Translations under genes and position numbers: made by a program | DNA from: an uncultured Candidatus Saccharibacteria bacterium | GTDB lineage: Bacteria > Patescibacteriota > Minisyncoccia > Phycocordibacterales > UBA918 | DNA length: 64,000 nt | Assembly: GCA_964425625.1 (NCBI GenBank) | Contig: CAYRMI010000002.1 | Span: forward strand, 62,858 to 126,857 | Direction of reading: 5' to 3' | The notes under the pieces: generated by a model | What the model saw: the letters and a program-made list of their open reading frames with translations, nothing else | Told to the model about the DNA's origin: nothing | The model's database searches: none | In this document: positions 51,182 through 60,846 of the stretch, piece by piece | Layout of the letters: each line of letters opens with the position of its first letter | Numbering within the stretch: the first letter of the stretch is position 1

Positions 51182-51598
51182 TTAGACCACCATCTCCAGC
51201 AGTTCACGTGGTGTAAAAACCACCCGACCAGCCTTGATGGTGATAAAGACGCTACCGTCGGCCTCGACCTGTACCTTGGGAATCCAAGAGTAGGTTTTGC
51301 CGTTTAGATGTGGCATGCAACCATGTTGCATGCACTCGATCACGGATTTTTGGATTGATCTGTCCATCAATTTGTCCTGGATCATTTTGATGGTGATGCC
51401 CCTATCGGCAAGATCGTCGGTCGAAAATACATTGAGACCGACCAGCCTCACTGTCAGTTCGACACTGTAATCCCAGACCTTCTTGATAAGGATTTCAAAA
51501 TAGGTGGGCTCATTTCGATCGAGTCCTTGAACCTCTATTTGAAAACCGTGTCGAAGATGGACTTCAGATTCTTCGAACAGTTTACTAAGGGATGACAT
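51182..51598 (-). CDS. orphan hypothetical protein
   Basis: GAGGAG SD, TGGTATAAT promoter upstream, hairpin at 51121-51163 downstream. Confidence 0.6.
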   Translation of the reverse strand: MSSLSKLFEESEVHLRHGFQIEVQGLDRNEPTYFEILIKKVWDYSVELTVRLVGLNVFSTDDLADRGITIKMIQDKLMDRSIQKSVIECMQHGCMPHLNGKTYSWIPKVQVEADGSVFITIKAGRVVFTPRELLEMVV

Positions 51599-51801
51599 TT
51601 TTTTACTCCTCGGGTTGAAAAAACAAGACAGCGCGCATTATACCACTTTTGGTGTTTTTTACAAGTGGTAAACGGTGGATTAACTTGATTCATTCATAGA
51701 AGGCAGTTTGATCACATTATTCCCTAAAGAATAATTCTATGTTTAGATAGCTATGGATAGTTGCAGGTTAGTCACGTCACAGTATCAACTAGGAGACAGC
51801 G

Positions 51802-52512
51802 ATGACTATTAGATTTGTATCAATGGCCGTTGGAGCAATAAAATTCAAGCTCCATCAATTTATTGACCGAGCCAATCTTGTCTATCTCAGACAGATCTTT
51901 GATGCGCTTTATTTTCGACGCTTCATCTTGGAGGATTGTGCTTGTCAGGTTTACGATCGGGATAGATTACCCAAAAGTGGTCCGGCGCTATTGGTCTCTT
52001 CCCATAGCAGTCACACAGATGCGGGAGTAATCCAGACGCTCTTTCCGCTTTCTTGGCTACCACACATTAGACCAAGTGCCGCTAGAGACCATTTCACCAA
52101 AGAGCTAATTTTGCACTTGTTTGCTCGGGGGTTTATGCGCCTGCTCTTTGTCGATCGAGGGAGTGGGCAGTTGGCCAAAGTCGGTGAGACTGATCCTTTT
52201 GCGGAGCTTCATGCTCCACTTAAGGCTGGCTCTATGGTCATTGTTTTCCCTCAGGGGACTAGAGACACTCGAGCATTATTTCGTCCGGGCATAGTGCACC
52301 TTTCTAGACAGTACCCAGATGTACCTATAATCCCTATTTTATTACGTGGTACACGTGAAGTCCTACCGCCAGGAGCTAGTTGGTTTTGGGCCAGTCCGGT
52401 GGCGGTGTACGTGGGTGAGCGATATATTTTTGACCCCACGTTAACGGCTAACGAGAACGCCAAGGCTCTAGAGGCATATATCTACTCACTTGACCGTCAG
52501 CTCTATGATTGA
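51802..52512 (+). CDS. PlsC-like lysophospholipid acyltransferase
   Basis: HSSHTD (HX4D), FVDR, FPQGTR, VPIIPI; AGGAG SD. Confidence 0.8.
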   Translation: MTIRFVSMAVGAIKFKLHQFIDRANLVYLRQIFDALYFRRFILEDCACQVYDRDRLPKSGPALLVSSHSSHTDAGVIQTLFPLSWLPHIRPSAARDHFTKELILHLFARGFMRLLFVDRGSGQLAKVGETDPFAELHAPLKAGSMVIVFPQGTRDTRALFRPGIVHLSRQYPDVPIIPILLRGTREVLPPGASWFWASPVAVYVGERYIFDPTLTANENAKALEAYIYSLDRQLYD

Positions 52513-52540
52513 CTTGTAAAAGAAGACGGAGGATGAAGAC

Positions 52541-52570
52541 AAAGGGCGCGCTTAGCTAAGCGCGCCTTTA
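52541..52570. terminator. bidirectional terminator
   Basis: aaagggcgcgcttagctaagcgcgccttt. Confidence 0.7.
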
Positions 52571-52591
52571 CTTTTCATATCGCTTTTAATA

Positions 52592-53251
52592 TTATTCTAG
52601 GTCTATCAGTAGTTGTCGCATCAACTGAATCTCCGCTGTTTGGCTTTCGATGATTGCTTTTGTCAGGGTAGTGATTTCTGCGTTTTCTATATATGGCTGT
52701 ACACTCTGGGCCATCATAATCGCTCCCATATGATGGTGGACCATGTCCTCGAGAAAGGTTTGGTCGAGCTCAACTCCGGAAAGATTTTTTAGTTCGCGCA
52801 TCATTGGCTCATACTTACCATCGTCGACATAAGCTTCTTGGTACCAGTCTTGATACCACTGTTTCATTTGGATAATTTCTTGCTCTTGGGCTATTACTAT
52901 GTTTTCTACCAATTCTTTGATGGCTGGGGTAGTGGCGCCACGTTCGATAACTGCTTTGGCGGTGTCGACAGCTTCTTGGTGGTGGGGAATCATACCGGCA
53001 ATAAATTCACGCTCGCTTTCTACCATCATTGCTTTATGATCCATCATCGGCATGGCTTGGTCGTCATTAAACATCATTTGGCCATTGTGCATTTGGTGCA
53101 TGCCTTGGGTTGTATCATCTATCATGCATCGGTGGTACTTGTCATCGTAAGCGTTAGTTGAATGTAGGCCAATGGCGTAGCCACCGATACCCCCGAGAAG
53201 CAGAGCTACTAGAGCTACTAAAATAATATTTTTGTTCATTTCCAAAGTCAT
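52592..53251 (-). CDS. DUF305 (ferritin-like, CopM-related) Met/His-rich protein
   Basis: FIAGMIPHHQEAV and FLEDMVHHHMGAIMMA; N-terminal TM. Confidence 0.85.
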   Translation of the reverse strand: MTLEMNKNIILVALVALLLGGIGGYAIGLHSTNAYDDKYHRCMIDDTTQGMHQMHNGQMMFNDDQAMPMMDHKAMMVESEREFIAGMIPHHQEAVDTAKAVIERGATTPAIKELVENIVIAQEQEIIQMKQWYQDWYQEAYVDDGKYEPMMRELKNLSGVELDQTFLEDMVHHHMGAIMMAQSVQPYIENAEITTLTKAIIESQTAEIQLMRQLLIDLE

Positions 53252-53405
53252 AAATAAATAATTTGTCGTTGGTTTTATAATCAGTTTAGATTATAACTCT
53301 AATACGTAGATTACGCCGAATTATTTCGTGATCATCGACTTTATCCCAAGCGTAATTTGCTGAAAGCAAATTGCACAATATGACCAGCCTGACCTTGTAA
53401 AGGAA

Positions 53406-53438
53406 AAGCAAACACCGGCGCAATGGCCGGTGTTGTGG
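53406..53438 (-). terminator. terminator-like hairpin, duplicated at 55131
   Basis: aagcaaacaccggcgcaatggccggtgttgtgg. Confidence 0.6.
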
Positions 53439-53512
53439 GTTGAAGGGGTGGTAAGATATGCTTGGTTGAAGATTTTTTTGCTCAAAAAATGGGATGTTCT
53501 AAATCACTTACT

Positions 53513-54940
53513 TTAATTGAGCATATATTTGATCCACGTTTCAAGCATACTTCCACCACCAGTATTTTCCCAAAGGCCTAAATTTAGAGTTCCTCCTGAC
53601 CCACAGCTGGCCGACCAGCAACCGTCATTCAAATACGTATTGCCAAGACCTGAGTCAAAAATAGTGCCACTATAGCTATTTGTCATGGTTGTTCCGAAAG
53701 TAACAGTGTCCTTATCTTGCCAATTAGGTTGTGGCACATCTCTAAATACTTCCACCATAACAGCATCAACTACCTTTTGATCGATTTCAATTATTTGTGT
53801 TTCTCTTTTGCCACCATTTGTTTGAGTTGTCAGAGAAATATAGTTGATTCCAAACTCATCTACAAAAACCTCAACCTCTCCTATCACAGACTGGTTGGAT
53901 TTATTGTATAGCTCTATTCCTATCTTATTATAGTTTTCGTCAGTAATATATCTGGCTTCAGTTCCATCCGGACCCTTCGCACTAATAGCTATTGAACCAT
54001 CTGGCTTGTTTGCATAAGCCACAACCGACCCAAAGGGTAACTCAACGACCGAAAGATCATTTGTAGTGGTAATCACAACCCCTTCCTTACTAATACCGTT
54101 AATGACGTTTTCTAGGATCGATTGGTCAATCATCATTTTATTGGCAGCGGTAAAAAAGTCGCTGCTGGTTTTAGGGAGACTTGTGAGTACGTTTACTTCG
54201 GGAGAAAACGAGAGTGGAACACCTGGATTCACGATACTTGTTTCCGCAGTCCACCCATCTACTCCACTCTTAAAGTTGATTGGCCACCAAATATATCCGC
54301 CGGCACTGACTGGGCTGCCTTTAACAACTCCAATTTCTCCTTTCTTTTGATTTCCAGCAATTGTGCCGTTGGGAGTAGATCGAACGTTTGTATTATCTAC
54401 TTTTACCACACTAGGTGATCCGACTGTGAATTTTGTAGAAACAGCTGGAGTGAGATTTGCTTTAAGTACCCATCCATCGGCGCCAGAATCAAAATTTACC
54501 ATCATCCAATAACTATTTACGACAGTTCTGGAACATAATGCAGCTGCTTGCAAATAACTACAGCCGACAGGAGAGTAGGTGTAGGTGGTCTGCACTTCAG
54601 GTCCAGCATTTATAGAGCCAATTGCACCAGTCGGTTGGGTGCCAAGTACCTTTGAATCATTTCTTGGATTTTGGTAAACATTAGATGTAGATTTTAATTG
54701 CGCTCGTCCACCGGCTTCTATTGAAGGTACGGCTACAGCAACGGCCGCAACGACGGATTCCTTTGATTCCGTGACCAGGGTTTGTTGAAATGAATTGAGT
54801 ATTTCTTCTAACGAGTCTATGATCTTTGACAGTATGTTCAGCTGGTCTCCTTCTGTTTTATTTATTTCGGTAGCTGACACAGTCGTAGCTTGAGTTATGA
54901 GAATGACTGTTATCAATACTGAAATTAATTTACTTTTCAT
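53513..54940 (-). CDS. secreted protein with two bacterial SH3-like domains
   Basis: Signal peptide; NV...P...LGTQ..G..G....GP...W..VNFDSGADGWV and NVRSTPNG...Q..G..G...WW.INFKSGVDGW. Confidence 0.7.
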   Translation of the reverse strand: MKSKLISVLITVILITQATTVSATEINKTEGDQLNILSKIIDSLEEILNSFQQTLVTESKESVVAAVAVAVPSIEAGGRAQLKSTSNVYQNPRNDSKVLGTQPTGAIGSINAGPEVQTTYTYSPVGCSYLQAAALCSRTVVNSYWMMVNFDSGADGWVLKANLTPAVSTKFTVGSPSVVKVDNTNVRSTPNGTIAGNQKKGEIGVVKGSPVSAGGYIWWPINFKSGVDGWTAETSIVNPGVPLSFSPEVNVLTSLPKTSSDFFTAANKMMIDQSILENVINGISKEGVVITTTNDLSVVELPFGSVVAYANKPDGSIAISAKGPDGTEARYITDENYNKIGIELYNKSNQSVIGEVEVFVDEFGINYISLTTQTNGGKRETQIIEIDQKVVDAVMVEVFRDVPQPNWQDKDTVTFGTTMTNSYSGTIFDSGLGNTYLNDGCWSASCGSGGTLNLGLWENTGGGSMLETWIKYMLN

Positions 54941-55130
54941 ATTCTAATTTTATTACTTTTTTAAAATAATTTGTAATTTAAAAGTGAAAGATGGGTGAGG
55001 CTCACCAAAATCTAAGACTACTTTTCAATTACTGTAATAATACACTATGGTAAATGGCTTTGCATAAAGGCTGTTCATAATAAAAGCCAAATTTCGAAAC
55101 CTCTGGCTAAAGCCAGAGGTTTATAAAGAT

Positions 55131-55163
55131 AAGCAAACACCGGCGCAGGGGCCGGTGTTGTGG
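55131..55163 (-). terminator. terminator-like hairpin, duplicated at 53406
   Basis: aagcaaacaccggcgcaggggccggtgttgtgg. Confidence 0.6.
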
Positions 55164-55186
55164 TGGTCGGGGGTGGGGACTAAGTC

Positions 55187-55765
55187 CTATTTGCGCAATT
55201 CAGCTTCGAAACTTTCGAGCTGGGAGGCTTGTTGGGAATACCCCTCATAGATGTGGGCTGGTATCGGTTTGATACAATTTTCGCTTACCAACATTGCTTG
55301 TAGACTTCGTGCTAGGGCAAATCTCCGCTCTTTACTTCTGGTATGCAAAGCTTGGATGATCAGTGGCTGCATAGCCAGACGAATTTGGGAAAAAAGTTTA
55401 TCGTCATAGTCATGCTCAAGGTCGATAAACCGGTCCCACATTACATTGGCTTGCTCCTGTGGAAGGTTGAGATTAGCCTCAAGAAGTGAAATGATATGTC
55501 CAGTTTGGATATTTTTCAGTCGACAAAAGACAAGACCGTCGTTGAGTTCGGTGATGATCCGTTCCGGCTTTATTGACCATAACGTCCACATAATGACAGT
55601 GAGAGTCAAGCAAAGGAGCGCTAAGAAAAGCATCTCCAGAAAAGTGGGCCAGCGCTCTACGTATGTGAAGCCTAGGATTATGGCGAAAAGCACTGTAAAA
55701 AAGACCAGTCCTACCGAAACATTGCGCAGGTAAGAAAAGTAATTCAACTTGCCTTCGGTGGTCAT
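55187..55765 (-). CDS. orphan two-TM membrane protein
   Basis: Two N-terminal TMs; GGAG SD. Confidence 0.6.
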   Translation of the reverse strand: MTTEGKLNYFSYLRNVSVGLVFFTVLFAIILGFTYVERWPTFLEMLFLALLCLTLTVIMWTLWSIKPERIITELNDGLVFCRLKNIQTGHIISLLEANLNLPQEQANVMWDRFIDLEHDYDDKLFSQIRLAMQPLIIQALHTRSKERRFALARSLQAMLVSENCIKPIPAHIYEGYSQQASQLESFEAELRK

Positions 55766-55997
55766 AATTTTCTCCAGTTTTGAAGGAACGTTATCCTTCG
55801 GATTTAAAGGAATCTAGCCTTGTAAACCATACAGTATATGAAGGACAATGCAAATGCCGTGAAAGTTTAAGCGAGAATGGTTTTTTAAAAAAGTCACTGG
55901 TTAAAGAAAATCAAATACGTGTTGCGCAAGCATGAAAGAGGGCGTAAATTAGTAAATGGTAGTTCATACAAGCATCTTTTCTTTGAAAGGAAAAGTC

Positions 55998-56729
55998 ATG
56001 ACAAGCCTCATCCCAGAAAAAGGTTTGGCGGAGCAAAAGAAAAAAATCGAATCTCTCGCACAGGACGTCATGCTACGACTGCAAAGTCGTTATGGTGTAC
56101 CCGCTTCGGGGCTTTATATCGGTTGGGAAGATTGTGGCGCACACCCCTTCGGTCGATTTGGCCGAGTCGCGGATGGTGTTCTTTATCTAAACCAGCACGA
56201 ACTAGTTGATATGCCTTATGACAAAGCGGTCAGGGAAACGCCAGTCACACTTTCCCTCAGGACTTCGGAAGGGGAAATAGAGATAACTTTTCCCTATGAC
56301 AAAGTAATGAATTGGCTCTATCCCTCTAGGGTACCAGCTATCTTTGAGATAGATAGACCGGCACTGACAGATGTTGATATCAAGGCAGGGATTACCGAGG
56401 TTGTCGTCACCTATGTAGTGGAGCAAATGGGGGGGTGGCTCGCTACTGAAGACACCAACGCTCGCTGTCTAAAAAATGGCATCATAAAATCGTATGGCCA
56501 CATTATGGCAGAGACGATGCCGACGGCGGTTACTGCAAACATTTGGAATGTCCATGACCCTGGGCTCCAAAGTTGGCGTGAGACCGAAGGAGGTTTTACT
56601 CTTCTGTACCCACATCTGAAAGATTACTTATATGGCGAAGTCATCAATTTGATACGGGATGCTGGACCACCAGTCTTACGTGAAAATCTCCCCGATTACG
56701 TAACAAGGTTACTGGCACCGCTCTATTAG
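55998..56729 (+). CDS. orphan hypothetical protein
   Basis: AAGGA SD before MTSLI (55998); hairpin gtgcctggcca...tggtcaggcac downstream. Confidence 0.6.
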   Translation: MTSLIPEKGLAEQKKKIESLAQDVMLRLQSRYGVPASGLYIGWEDCGAHPFGRFGRVADGVLYLNQHELVDMPYDKAVRETPVTLSLRTSEGEIEITFPYDKVMNWLYPSRVPAIFEIDRPALTDVDIKAGITEVVVTYVVEQMGGWLATEDTNARCLKNGIIKSYGHIMAETMPTAVTANIWNVHDPGLQSWRETEGGFTLLYPHLKDYLYGEVINLIRDAGPPVLRENLPDYVTRLLAPLY

Positions 56730-56782
56730 TAGGTTCGCGGAAGATGAAGCATTGTGCCTGGCCAGAAATGGTCAGGCACTTT

Positions 56783-58363
56783 CTATATTATATTTCTCGC
56801 TTTAAGAATTTCCTTTACTTGCATTTCAGTGAGGGGGATCCAGGGAGAGCTTTCGGGATTGGCGGCCGAGGCGGCTGGGCTTTCACCCTGGTTCCACCAT
56901 TTGGCGCGGAAGGGGACACCTTCAAACATTACTCGATCACCCGCATCGTAGACGGCGTTGCCATACCATTGGGGAAACAAATAGAGCGGTAGTTCAAGTT
57001 TTTCCATCGGCTTTTCGCCGGGCAAGACGGGGCCAACCAGGCGCCAAGGAGTTTCCCAGGCTTGCAAGACTGGGTTGTCGGGTAAGTCATTTTTGGTCCA
57101 CCATTTAGCTTCGTAGACATTTCCGTGCCAGACGACTTTTGTGTCCTTTAAGTATATGCCGGTATCCCGCCAGATTTGGTAAGGACTGGTTTCCGGATCG
57201 TCAATAACGTGCTTACTAGTGTCTGGTTCCTCAACCGTCATCATCCTGGCGTTTTGCATTAGGTCCCCAGTAAAACCAATTCCGAGTACATTGGAAAAAG
57301 CAAATCGAGGTGAGGTTACACCACTACACAGATCTGACACTACTGAGAGCGTTACGTAGTTTGCGCCACAAGGAATATCTCGATTGGCCGACCACATTGA
57401 CATTCGACCAATCCCTTTCTCGCGGGCAAAGATGTTGAGCGCAACCGCGTCTTCGATAGAAAAGATTTCTTCTACCACGTCATTCTGACCAATCATCGGC
57501 GTGGCTCCAATTTTCCCCCAGATGGTAGAACTATTGAGACTCACTCCGGCTAGCTTGTATAAGACACTGAGTTGACGATGGGTTTCCAGTAGGGCATTTT
57601 CAGAAGCTTCGGCCATTGTATCATTTGGATTTTTACTACCGCCATAATCCATAGTCATAACATTTACTCCAGCTAGATCAAGCTCACTTTCGAGCACCTT
57701 ACTGACAGCGTTTGTTCCGTCTGTAGTGAGTCCTTGGGGGGCAACTGGTAAAGTGAGCCAGACGGCCAATTCTCGGTTTTCGGCGCGGTATTCTTTTTGT
57801 AGTTTGGCAATTACCCGAGCGCGTCTTTCGGCGGCTTCAAGGTTGGTCAAGCCTTCCTTTTCTAAATCAAGGTCAATAGTATTAATGTTATAGCGTTCGA
57901 TCACTGCTTGATAGGCTTTCGCCAGAGCTTCTTCATCGGTACATAGTACAGCCAGCTCAGAGTTTAGTAGACCACCAAAGGAGATCGCGATTCGTCCACC
58001 CTGGAGCTGGAAGTGAGCAATTCGTCTATCTAAGTCAAGTGCCTCGGCGGCCTCGTCTAGGGTGTAATAACCTCCCCAGGTGGGAGTACAAACGTCACTA
58101 GCGGAAGAAACGATAAAGGAAAGAATCACATCAGAATTATCAACTGCTCCTCTTTGTTCAAAGGCATAGAGTGGGGTGGAGGTGACATCTACGTAAGCTG
58201 CAAACCAAGGAGCAAAGCTCACTACCTCGGCTGTCTCTTGCCACTTACCAAAACTTAAGGTCGTACCATAAAAAAGACCGAGGATAATTATTATCGCTAG
58301 GAACAATCGGCGTAGTGAAAGTTGGCGACGAGTTTCAACAGTGACTGATTTTTGTGTTTCCAT
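56783..58363 (-). CDS. membrane-anchored GH18 chitinase-like protein with two C-terminal CBM5/12-type modules
   Basis: ISFGG, TIDLDLE (DxDxE), NVMTMDYG, SMWS.NRD; Y.AKWWT...P...PW and F.AKWWNQG..P...PW. Confidence 0.85.
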   Translation of the reverse strand: METQKSVTVETRRQLSLRRLFLAIIIILGLFYGTTLSFGKWQETAEVVSFAPWFAAYVDVTSTPLYAFEQRGAVDNSDVILSFIVSSASDVCTPTWGGYYTLDEAAEALDLDRRIAHFQLQGGRIAISFGGLLNSELAVLCTDEEALAKAYQAVIERYNINTIDLDLEKEGLTNLEAAERRARVIAKLQKEYRAENRELAVWLTLPVAPQGLTTDGTNAVSKVLESELDLAGVNVMTMDYGGSKNPNDTMAEASENALLETHRQLSVLYKLAGVSLNSSTIWGKIGATPMIGQNDVVEEIFSIEDAVALNIFAREKGIGRMSMWSANRDIPCGANYVTLSVVSDLCSGVTSPRFAFSNVLGIGFTGDLMQNARMMTVEEPDTSKHVIDDPETSPYQIWRDTGIYLKDTKVVWHGNVYEAKWWTKNDLPDNPVLQAWETPWRLVGPVLPGEKPMEKLELPLYLFPQWYGNAVYDAGDRVMFEGVPFRAKWWNQGESPAASAANPESSPWIPLTEMQVKEILKARNII

Positions 58364-58369
58364 AGATAA

Positions 58370-60607
58370 TTAATTAGTTTTACTGGTAGTTACACTTGGC
58401 CAATTTAAAAGGGGAATGCGCCAGGTAGTTTTGGGCTTACTTTCTTTGATCGGCACCTCAATATAAAGCCAGTCAGTGGCTGCTAACCACAAATCAACCA
58501 GCATATTTTTTGCGCCAATATAGGCCACGATAGCCCAGGTAGCAGTCAAAGCGTTAAAGCCAGCGAAAGCTGCATTACCCCAGTTTTGCCCTTCAATATT
58601 TCGCCACAGAGTGAAGAGAGAGAAACCGATAATTAAAAGTGGTGAGACTAAGTACAACCAGGCTGTGGCAGTGCGGTTCTTCACTTTCGGCGTACGAGCA
58701 AAGGGGGTCTTCTTGGTGGTGATAGCTTGCTGAAGTGATTTTAGAGTACCAGCAATATTAACTGGTAAGAGAATTAAGTTGAAACCATAAATACGGAAAA
58801 TGTCACTATATTTATAACGACAATATTTGAGGTCCATCGCCATAGCGATAAAATAGGGGGCAGCAGCTAATAGTACCAAGGGACTGAGGAGACGTCCGTC
58901 ATAGGGATAAGCGAGTAGAAAGACTAGTCCAAAACTTGACCAAGCAATGGAGAGCATGTAGTTGGTCCGAATCAAAAACTCGAGTCGAGAAATTGGTCTA
59001 CCAGCGTGCTTTCTAATATGACAAAGTTTTAAAAGTTTGGGAAAAATCAGCAATCCTCCGTTGGCCCAACGACGTCGTTGTACAACGAGTGAACCAAAGT
59101 CCGGAGGAGTAGCACTATAGCTTAGACGTTCAGGATAATTTAAGAGTCGCCAATTGTGTATGGCCATGTCGATACTTGATTCGGTATCTTCAATCACGGT
59201 GTGATCTTGTACATATCTTTTAATTTCAAAACCACCCACAAATTCCGTTTCTACAATATCTTCTAGAGCGCGCTTGCGGATTACGGCATTAGCGCCAACC
59301 CAGAAAGTAGCGTTGTAGTAGCTCATACCTTGGTGCAGGATGTGTTGAACATCGGTGGTGGCTCCGGCCAGACGTTCTAGGCGCGAAGAAGCACCACGAA
59401 AAGATGAGTAAGGAGTTTGTATTACCGCCACGTCAGAATTATTTGGCTGCTCAAGGGAATAAATCAAACGCGAACAGTATTCACGTAAGAGAATTGAATC
59501 AGCATCGAGGGTAAGAATATAATCACTATCTGGTATTACTAAATCGGCCTCACTAGCTTTTTTGGTCTCGAGCAAAATAGTCCCCTCAGAGGCTTCTACT
59601 TTACGGTACATGCCACCCATTAGTCCGATATATGAATTGAGGTTCATCGCTTTGTTTACTTCATGCGAAAGCGAGATGTAGCGTTTGCGTTCAAAAAAAT
59701 CTAACTTGGCGCGAAAAATCCAAACCAGACGGTTGCATAGTTGTTGCATCCGGCCACGAGAAATTTTTTCACCGCTTAGGTTAATGGTCGTAAGTTCAGA
59801 AGCTTCCAAGCGTAAGTCCTTGGCTAACTCGATAAATATTTGCTCAGCAAAAAATATATCGACATGGTCTTCGATTACTTCAGCTTTGGCTTTTTGTTCT
59901 AACCAACTAGCTGACCAGAGGTATTGTTCGATAATTCTTTCGACTGCTTGTTTGGTATAAGCAAAGTCTTTTTCTTGTAGCTCGGTTTGTAGCTCTATGG
60001 CTTTGACGTAGGGTTCACTAAGAAACGCTTCAATCTCAGCACCGAGAGCCTTAGTCTTGGTAATTCGCTCTACATCAGCGGGTTTAACATTGAATGGATT
60101 ATCGTCGATTAGTAAAACAACCCGCAAGTCTGAATGTTCTTGCAAGGCGGCTGAAAGTAGGGTTTTGCGAATAACCTGAACTTCTTCATTGTAGGAGGGT
60201 ACCAAAACAGTAATGGAGGATGGGTGCTTGGCAAAATGTTCATCCAGCAGTCGTTGGGGTGTACGCACATGCTTTTTAAAATTTTGTAATGCGCCTTGTC
60301 TAGTGATGAGGTAGATGAGAGCTGATAAAGTGAGCAAGGTGACAATGAACGTGTAACCAATTACTTCAGTGGTAAAGTTGTAGCTCTGCGGTCCATCAAT
60401 GAGTTGTCGAATAATGACCGAGGTAATGTACATCAACCAAAAAACAATCGTGAGTACAATAGCAATACGACTATAAGCAATAGCAAAATCAGTCGGCTTG
60501 GGATGGATGCTTGGTAGGGGATTGGTATTTTTTTCCGCCCCAAACTGACGTCGGAAATTGACAGGACTTAGTAGAGGAGAGGTGTTGTTTTCAGTTGAAT
60601 TTTGCAT
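58370..60607 (-). CDS. processive GT2 glycosyltransferase (cellulose synthase-like)
   Basis: VPSYNEE, LIDD, KAMNLN, LDADS, IQTP, IEDTE, QRRRW; N- and C-terminal TMs. Confidence 0.88.
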   Translation of the reverse strand: MQNSTENNTSPLLSPVNFRRQFGAEKNTNPLPSIHPKPTDFAIAYSRIAIVLTIVFWLMYITSVIIRQLIDGPQSYNFTTEVIGYTFIVTLLTLSALIYLITRQGALQNFKKHVRTPQRLLDEHFAKHPSSITVLVPSYNEEVQVIRKTLLSAALQEHSDLRVVLLIDDNPFNVKPADVERITKTKALGAEIEAFLSEPYVKAIELQTELQEKDFAYTKQAVERIIEQYLWSASWLEQKAKAEVIEDHVDIFFAEQIFIELAKDLRLEASELTTINLSGEKISRGRMQQLCNRLVWIFRAKLDFFERKRYISLSHEVNKAMNLNSYIGLMGGMYRKVEASEGTILLETKKASEADLVIPDSDYILTLDADSILLREYCSRLIYSLEQPNNSDVAVIQTPYSSFRGASSRLERLAGATTDVQHILHQGMSYYNATFWVGANAVIRKRALEDIVETEFVGGFEIKRYVQDHTVIEDTESSIDMAIHNWRLLNYPERLSYSATPPDFGSLVVQRRRWANGGLLIFPKLLKLCHIRKHAGRPISRLEFLIRTNYMLSIAWSSFGLVFLLAYPYDGRLLSPLVLLAAAPYFIAMAMDLKYCRYKYSDIFRIYGFNLILLPVNIAGTLKSLQQAITTKKTPFARTPKVKNRTATAWLYLVSPLLIIGFSLFTLWRNIEGQNWGNAAFAGFNALTATWAIVAYIGAKNMLVDLWLAATDWLYIEVPIKESKPKTTWRIPLLNWPSVTTSKTN

Positions 60608-60846
60608 ACTTTATATACCATTCCATTGTTTGGTTGAAGAGAGATTGTGGCTTACATGGGGTCTCTTTGGTAATGAGTCACTTTCTAACATATTCTAGGA
60701 TTTTGTCAACCAAATTTTGACGTTTATGGCTTCTTGGGGCGCGGTGGATATTTTTTTACTGAGACAGAGATAAAGTGGGGTAACTGGGTAATTGGTTGGC
60801 TTGTTGTATTAAAATAAGATTGATTATTTATGCACAAAATACTTCT

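Noticed and set aside
49832-56729. Prophage or integrative island
   Set aside because: No integrase, terminase, capsid, transposase or att-like tRNA; mixed orientations with individual terminators.
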